Below are positions 59,591 to 64,000 of a stretch of 64,000 nt of DNA, piece after piece (position 1 is the stretch's first letter; every line of letters begins with the position of its first letter). This DNA is from Pseudomonadota bacterium. GTDB lineage: Bacteria; Pseudomonadota; Gammaproteobacteria; JAKAQQ01. The stretch is taken from the NCBI GenBank assembly GCA_027338645.1, contig DAHWSH010000052.1, positions 28,533-92,532 on the forward strand, written 5' to 3'. A program made the translations under genes and the position numbers. The notes beneath the pieces were generated by a model, which was given only the letters and a program-made list of their open reading frames with translations, had not been told where the DNA came from and ran no database searches.

Positions 59591-60061
59591 ATGGCCCCCC
59601 GATCTCTCAGCCGACGACTTGACCGGATTTTCCGGGCCGGACACCGTCCGGACCCCGGGTTCACCCTGATCGAAATCATGGTCGTGGTCGTGATTTTGGC
59701 CATTCTCGCGACCATCATCGTGCCCAACGTGATCAACAAGCCCGAAGAGGCCCGGATCACCAAAGCCAAAGCCGACATCCGATCCATCGTGGCGGCTCTC
59801 GACATGTACAAACTCGACAACTATCAGTATCCGACCACCTCCCAGGGGCTCAAGGCACTCGTGGTCAAACCGAGCTCTTCCCCGATACCGCCTCATTGGC
59901 ATCACTATCTGAACCAGATCCCGATCGATCCCTGGGGCCATCCCTACAAGTACCTCTACCCCGGGGTCCATGGCACTTTCGATGTCTGGACCGACGGCCC
60001 CCCGGGGTCGTCCAGCCATCATCGGGTGATCGGCAACTGGAACCTCGACCGGTCCCGATGA
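59591..60061 (+). CDS. gspG: Type II secretion system major pseudopilin GspG
   Basis: Prepilin motif G|FTLIEIMVVV with Glu+5 and the GspG core (KAKADIRSIVAALDMYKLDN...DPWGHPY). The 23-residue leader is unusually long. Confidence 0.85.
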   Translation: MAPRSLSRRLDRIFRAGHRPDPGFTLIEIMVVVVILAILATIIVPNVINKPEEARITKAKADIRSIVAALDMYKLDNYQYPTTSQGLKALVVKPSSSPIPPHWHHYLNQIPIDPWGHPYKYLYPGVHGTFDVWTDGPPGSSSHHRVIGNWNLDRSR

Positions 60062-60645
60062 TCCGGCATCAGGCGCCGGGGGCGCGCGGATTCACCCTGA
60101 TCGAGATCCTGGTCGTCCTGCTCATCGTGGGCATCCTGACCGGTATCGCGGTCCTTTCGCTCAGCTCACTGGGCCAGGCCTCGCGACGCGAACAGGCGGC
60201 ACGGCGACTGGCCGGCCTCATCGAACTGGCCTCCCAGCAGGCCGTGATCCAGGGCGAGACCTATGGGCTGTGCCTGGAAACCCACCGCTACTGGTTCCTT
60301 CGGGACGAGCACGGCCAGTGGGTGCATTTCGCCCACGGCTCGATTTATCGTCGACGAAGCCTGCCCCGGGCTCTCACGATCAGCGTGGACTTGACGGGAA
60401 CCCGACTCCACCTGCCGACCCGGCAACCCTCCAAAACCACGGTCCGACACAAGGCCCACGCCTCGGGCCACCGAGAGCCCCTTCGGGTCGCCCACCGCCC
60501 ACCGGACATCCTGATCCTGCCGAACGGCGAGCTCAGCGCTTTCGAGATCGGCATCTCGGCACGTGGCCACCAGCGGTCCTACCGCATCCGGGGCACGGCC
60601 ACGGGACACCTCTCGCTGATCCCGCTGCATCACGCCTCGACATGA
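60058..60645 (+). CDS. gspH: T2SS minor pseudopilin GspH
   Basis: GFTLIEILVVLLIVGIL prepilin N-terminus. Start overlaps the gspG stop. Confidence 0.7.
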   Translation: MIRHQAPGARGFTLIEILVVLLIVGILTGIAVLSLSSLGQASRREQAARRLAGLIELASQQAVIQGETYGLCLETHRYWFLRDEHGQWVHFAHGSIYRRRSLPRALTISVDLTGTRLHLPTRQPSKTTVRHKAHASGHREPLRVAHRPPDILILPNGELSAFEIGISARGHQRSYRIRGTATGHLSLIPLHHAST

Positions 60646-61124
60646 GGATGTCTGGACAACGCGCATTCACGCTGCTTGAAGTCCTGATCGCCCTCGCCAT
60701 CGTCGGCATCGGACTGCTCGCCCTGCTCGGAACCACGATCGAAAACACGCGCGTGGCGCATGGACTCGAGGCCCGCACTCTGGCCGGGTACGTCGCCGCC
60801 AATGAGATCGAAGAACTGCGCCTTGCCCCGAGCTGGCCCACACTGGGCCGGAGTACGGGCCACGCCCGTCTCGGGGGCATCCGCTGGCGGTGGACGGTCC
60901 ATGCCGACCATACCGCCGCCCCCGGGATCCTCCGGGTCAAAGTCGGCGTCCGTCCGGTCGGCAGCCGCACGGGCGCACTCGTCACCCTGACCGGATTTTT
61001 GGGCCGTTCGCTCCTCAACCGGCCGAGCCCCCTGACCAGCACCCCTCCCCCTCCCGGGGTCATGCCGAGCCCGATCGGGCCGGGACTGCCGGGTCCCCCA
61101 CTCCCGGGAGGCCCGGGCACCTGA
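60642..61124 (+). CDS. gspI: T2SS minor pseudopilin GspI (with Pro-rich C-terminal tail)
   Basis: AFTLLEVLIALAIVGIGL prepilin N-terminus. Body is about 120 aa plus a ~35-aa P/G-rich extension. Confidence 0.65.
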   Translation: MRMSGQRAFTLLEVLIALAIVGIGLLALLGTTIENTRVAHGLEARTLAGYVAANEIEELRLAPSWPTLGRSTGHARLGGIRWRWTVHADHTAAPGILRVKVGVRPVGSRTGALVTLTGFLGRSLLNRPSPLTSTPPPPGVMPSPIGPGLPGPPLPGGPGT

Positions 61125-61128
61125 ACCC

Positions 61129-61734
61129 ATGGACCGCTCCCGCGCCTTCACCCTGATCGAGATCCTGGTCGCCACCGCGATCCTGGCCCTGCTCGCGATC
61201 ATGGCTTACGGATCGCTCGAAACCATTATCCGGGAACGGACCATCACCCGTCGCCGGGGACACGAACTCGAAGCACTCCAGATGACCATGCTGCTCATGA
61301 GCCAGGATCTCGCGGAAGCCGCCCCGCGCCCGATCCGTGCCTCAAGCGGGATCCTCAAACCGGCACTGCACGGCGGGCGGGGCGAACCGGGCCCGCTCCT
61401 GGTCCTCACGCGGGATGGCGATGCCGACCCGGCCGATGCCCACCGATCAGACCTCGAACGGGTGGGTTACGGATTAGTCGGCCACCATCTCGTCCGCTTC
61501 ACCTGGCCGGTCCTCGACCGCGCCGTACCGGCCCCACCGCAGCGGGATACCCTGCTCCACGGCGTCCGCTCGTTCCGCGTCCGCTTTCTCGGCCCGGCGG
61601 GCCACTGGCATCACCACTGGCCACCGCTCGATGTGCCTCCGGCGGCCGATCTCAACCATCGCCCCCTGGCCGTCGAGATCCGGCTCCGGACCCGGGCCTG
61701 GGGGCGGATCCAGCGCATTTTCGAGTTGCCATGA
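61129..61734 (+). CDS. gspJ: T2SS minor pseudopilin GspJ
   Basis: AFTLIEILVATAILAL prepilin N-terminus. 201 aa. Confidence 0.75.
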   Translation: MDRSRAFTLIEILVATAILALLAIMAYGSLETIIRERTITRRRGHELEALQMTMLLMSQDLAEAAPRPIRASSGILKPALHGGRGEPGPLLVLTRDGDADPADAHRSDLERVGYGLVGHHLVRFTWPVLDRAVPAPPQRDTLLHGVRSFRVRFLGPAGHWHHHWPPLDVPPAADLNHRPLAVEIRLRTRAWGRIQRIFELP

Positions 61735-62645
61735 AACGGGTCTCGCAGCGGGGAGTCGCCATCCTGATCGCCCTCGTGGTCATCGCCATCGCGGCCGGCA
61801 TCGCCGCCCGCATGATCTGGGATCGCAACCTGGAGTTGCACCGGACCGAAAACCTGCTGCGCTTCCAGCAAAACTATGAGTACGCATTGGGTGCCGAATC
61901 CTGGATCGACAGCCTGATGCACGAAGAGCTGGGCACCGGGCCCACGGTCAGCCTGACCCAGACCTGGGCCCAAAAGCTCCCGCCCTTTCCCATCCCGCAC
62001 GGTGCCATCGTCGGACAAATCACCGACCTCCAAGGATTTTTCAATCTCAACAACCTCTCGGCCCAGGGAGGAGGAATCGATCCTAACCAGCTCGGGGTTT
62101 TCGAACGGCTCCTCGTCGAACTCCGGATCAACCCGGAGGTCGCGCAGGCTGTGGCCAGCTGGGTCGCGAGTTCACCCGGCGGATCGATGTCCTCGATGAA
62201 CAGCACCTATGCCGCGGAAGACCCGCCCTACCGGGCTCCCATGGCCCCCATGGCCAGCACCACTGAGTTGCGCTTGATCGCCGGCCTCACGATCAACCAG
62301 TACCAGCGCCTGCGGCTGTGGGTCGTCGCCCTGCCGGTTCCCACCGCCATCAATGTCAATACCGCTCCGCTCGAGGTGCTGGACGCCCTGGTCCCCGGCA
62401 TCACCCCCTCGGCGCTCGAGGCGATTCTCAAGCAGCAGCGCGCCGGTGGGTTCGGGAGCGTGGGTGAGTTCGAGGGGCTCTTGGGACAGACGGTGACCGT
62501 TCCGATCGGCACTGACAGCAGCTTCTTTAGGCTCCACCTGGATATCCATTTTGCCGGGACCCGCTTCCACTTGAGCAGCCTGCTGTACCGCGAGCCCAGC
62601 GGTTCTTTCCGGGTCTACACCCAGACCCTGGGCTCGGGGGGCTAG
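61731..62645 (+). CDS. gspK: T2SS minor pseudopilin GspK
   Basis: GVAILIALVVIAIAAG N-terminus without Glu+5, as in GspK. 304 aa. Confidence 0.8.
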   Translation: MKRVSQRGVAILIALVVIAIAAGIAARMIWDRNLELHRTENLLRFQQNYEYALGAESWIDSLMHEELGTGPTVSLTQTWAQKLPPFPIPHGAIVGQITDLQGFFNLNNLSAQGGGIDPNQLGVFERLLVELRINPEVAQAVASWVASSPGGSMSSMNSTYAAEDPPYRAPMAPMASTTELRLIAGLTINQYQRLRLWVVALPVPTAINVNTAPLEVLDALVPGITPSALEAILKQQRAGGFGSVGEFEGLLGQTVTVPIGTDSSFFRLHLDIHFAGTRFHLSSLLYREPSGSFRVYTQTLGSGG

Positions 62646-62787
62646 CCCTCACGATCCCGGATCCGCTACGCCAGATGCGCAAAGCGGGTGAGATCAGGTA
62701 TGATCACCGGGGGGTGAAAAGTCTGCACATCTTTCGCGTCTCCTCCCCACTCACCGATCACGTCATGGATTCCGCAGCGAGCCCGAG

Positions 62788-64000
62788 ATGGTGGAACAGA
62801 TCCTGATCCGACTAGAGCAGGACGCAAGCGCTGCGGACTGGTGGGTCCTCGACACCCAGGGGCACCGCCGCGGCGGCATCGGTCACGCGCCTCTTAACGA
62901 GATCGCCCGCCACACGCCCTCGCGCCGCGTCGTGGTAGCCATCCCCAGCCGCGAGATCACGCTCACCCGCCTCCGGCTGCCCATGCGATCCCGTCGGCAA
63001 TGGGCGGAAGCCATCCCGTTTGCCCTGGAGGAGCAGGTCGCCGGGGATCTCGACACCCTGCATTTCGCTTCCGGCAACCCGGACCAGAACGGGAATATCC
63101 CCGTCGCCATCGTCGAACGGGCCTGCCTCGAGAAATGGCTCGCCATCCTCTTCGAGGCTGGCCTTCATCCCGACGAACTCTGGCCGGACCTCTTTCTCCT
63201 CCCCGCCTCCCCCTCCGCCTGGAACATCGCCCGCAGCACCGATCTTTTGATCCGTGGGCCGGGCTTGCCGGGCTGCGCGGTGGCGGACCGACTGGCGCCG
63301 GAAATCCTGAAACGGATCCTCCGTGACCTCCCTGAAGTCGCCCGACCCCGAGAAATCGCGTTCTGGGGAGAACCGACTGATCCGGCAGTCCCCATCCTCG
63401 AGCCCATGGCGACCCAGCTGGGTTGCTCCTTCAGGTTTAGCGATGGGTTTTGGTACGAAGAGGCCAGCCGCGCTCCCATCCAGGGCCTCAATCTCCTGCA
63501 GGGTGCGTTTGCTCCCGGCCACCAGCGGCAGGCCCGCTGGGCCCGCTGGAAACCTGTCGCCCGGCTCGGCAGTGTCGTCCTGGCAGTGGCACTTGCCCTC
63601 CTCATCATCCAGCGCATCCGTCTCGCATCGACCGCCCAGACGTGGCAAACGCGGGTCCATCAGATTTTCCATCGGGTACTGCCGGGTCAGCCCTACGTGT
63701 CCCCACGCGCACAGATCGAACAGGCACTCCGGCTCCGGTCCGCCGGTCCGGCCGGGACGCTGCGCTTTCTCCACTTGCTGGTCCGGATGTCCAAGAACCG
63801 CCCGACCACGATCCATCTTCTCACCCTGAGCTATCGTGCGCGGGCAATCGGCCTCCAGTTCACCGCACCCAGTCTGACGGCGGCCCGGGATTTCGAGCAA
63901 TCGATCGTCCGGAGAGCCCACTGGCTCCGCCAGCACCAGAAAGTGGAGAAGGATCCGGGCGGTATCAGGATCCAGGTCGTCTACCGGGCGCGAGGTCCGT
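62788..64000 (+). CDS. gspL: T2SS protein GspL (cytoplasmic domain, TM, periplasmic domain), 3' end beyond window
   Basis: Open frame from the ATG at 62788 through the window end; absent from the ORF track because it has no stop. Cytoplasmic GspL-like region, TM helix LGSVVLAVALALLIIQ around residue 255, then a periplasmic region. Confidence 0.55.
   Translation, partial: MVEQILIRLEQDASAADWWVLDTQGHRRGGIGHAPLNEIARHTPSRRVVVAIPSREITLTRLRLPMRSRRQWAEAIPFALEEQVAGDLDTLHFASGNPDQNGNIPVAIVERACLEKWLAILFEAGLHPDELWPDLFLLPASPSAWNIARSTDLLIRGPGLPGCAVADRLAPEILKRILRDLPEVARPREIAFWGEPTDPAVPILEPMATQLGCSFRFSDGFWYEEASRAPIQGLNLLQGAFAPGHQRQARWARWKPVARLGSVVLAVALALLIIQRIRLASTAQTWQTRVHQIFHRVLPGQPYVSPRAQIEQALRLRSAGPAGTLRFLHLLVRMSKNRPTTIHLLTLSYRARAIGLQFTAPSLTAARDFEQSIVRRAHWLRQHQKVEKDPGGIRIQVVYRARGP

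Overview
High-GC (~65%) gammaproteobacterial chromosomal segment, dense with genes and mostly conserved housekeeping synteny. I found no CRISPR array, IS element, integrase or rRNA gene. Several stretches look accessory: a low-GC element edge at tRNA-Ala, an ABC exporter cotranscribed with a diguanylate cyclase, an orphan kdpDE, and a rhombosortase facing a T2SS pseudopilin operon. Gene order, left to right:
- (-) tRNA-Ala(CGC), with a low-GC stretch beyond its 3' end carrying a nucleotidyltransferase-fold gene.
- A conserved lipid-modification locus: acyl-ACP-desaturase-like di-iron protein and SDR on (-), divergent from an FAD-oxidoreductase, DUF1365 and cyclopropane-fatty-acid-synthase-like methyltransferase on (+).
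- (-) kdpD and kdpE with no kdpFABC.
- (+) a translationally coupled operon: MacA-like adaptor, ABC ATPase, two FtsX-type permeases, then a membrane PAS-GGDEF protein.
- (+) a large secreted BNR/Asp-box protein.
- (-) O-methyltransferase, a DUF3617-like secreted protein, hpt, nagZ, a CYTH protein, rlmD and a 3'-5' exonuclease.
- (+) a periplasmic binding protein coupled to a hybrid histidine kinase.
- A long (-) housekeeping run: acpS, pdxJ, recO, era, rnc, a DUF4845 protein, lepB, lepA, a glutaredoxin-like protein, rseB, rseA, rpoE, orn, a HIT protein, recR, dnaX, tRNA-Ser(GGA), a small lipoprotein, dapA.
- (+) gcvR-like, bcp, PIN-PhoH, a FadL-family outer-membrane protein, mlaA.
- (-) mlaBCDEF, class I aldolase, pilZ, holB, tmk, mltG, fabF, acpP, fabG, fabD, and a rhombosortase-like rhomboid.
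- (+) the T2SS pseudopilin operon gspGHIJK and gspL, which runs off the window.
Coordinates follow the ORF track and include stop codons. Many long ORFs overlapping these genes on the opposite strand are high-GC shadow ORFs and were not called.
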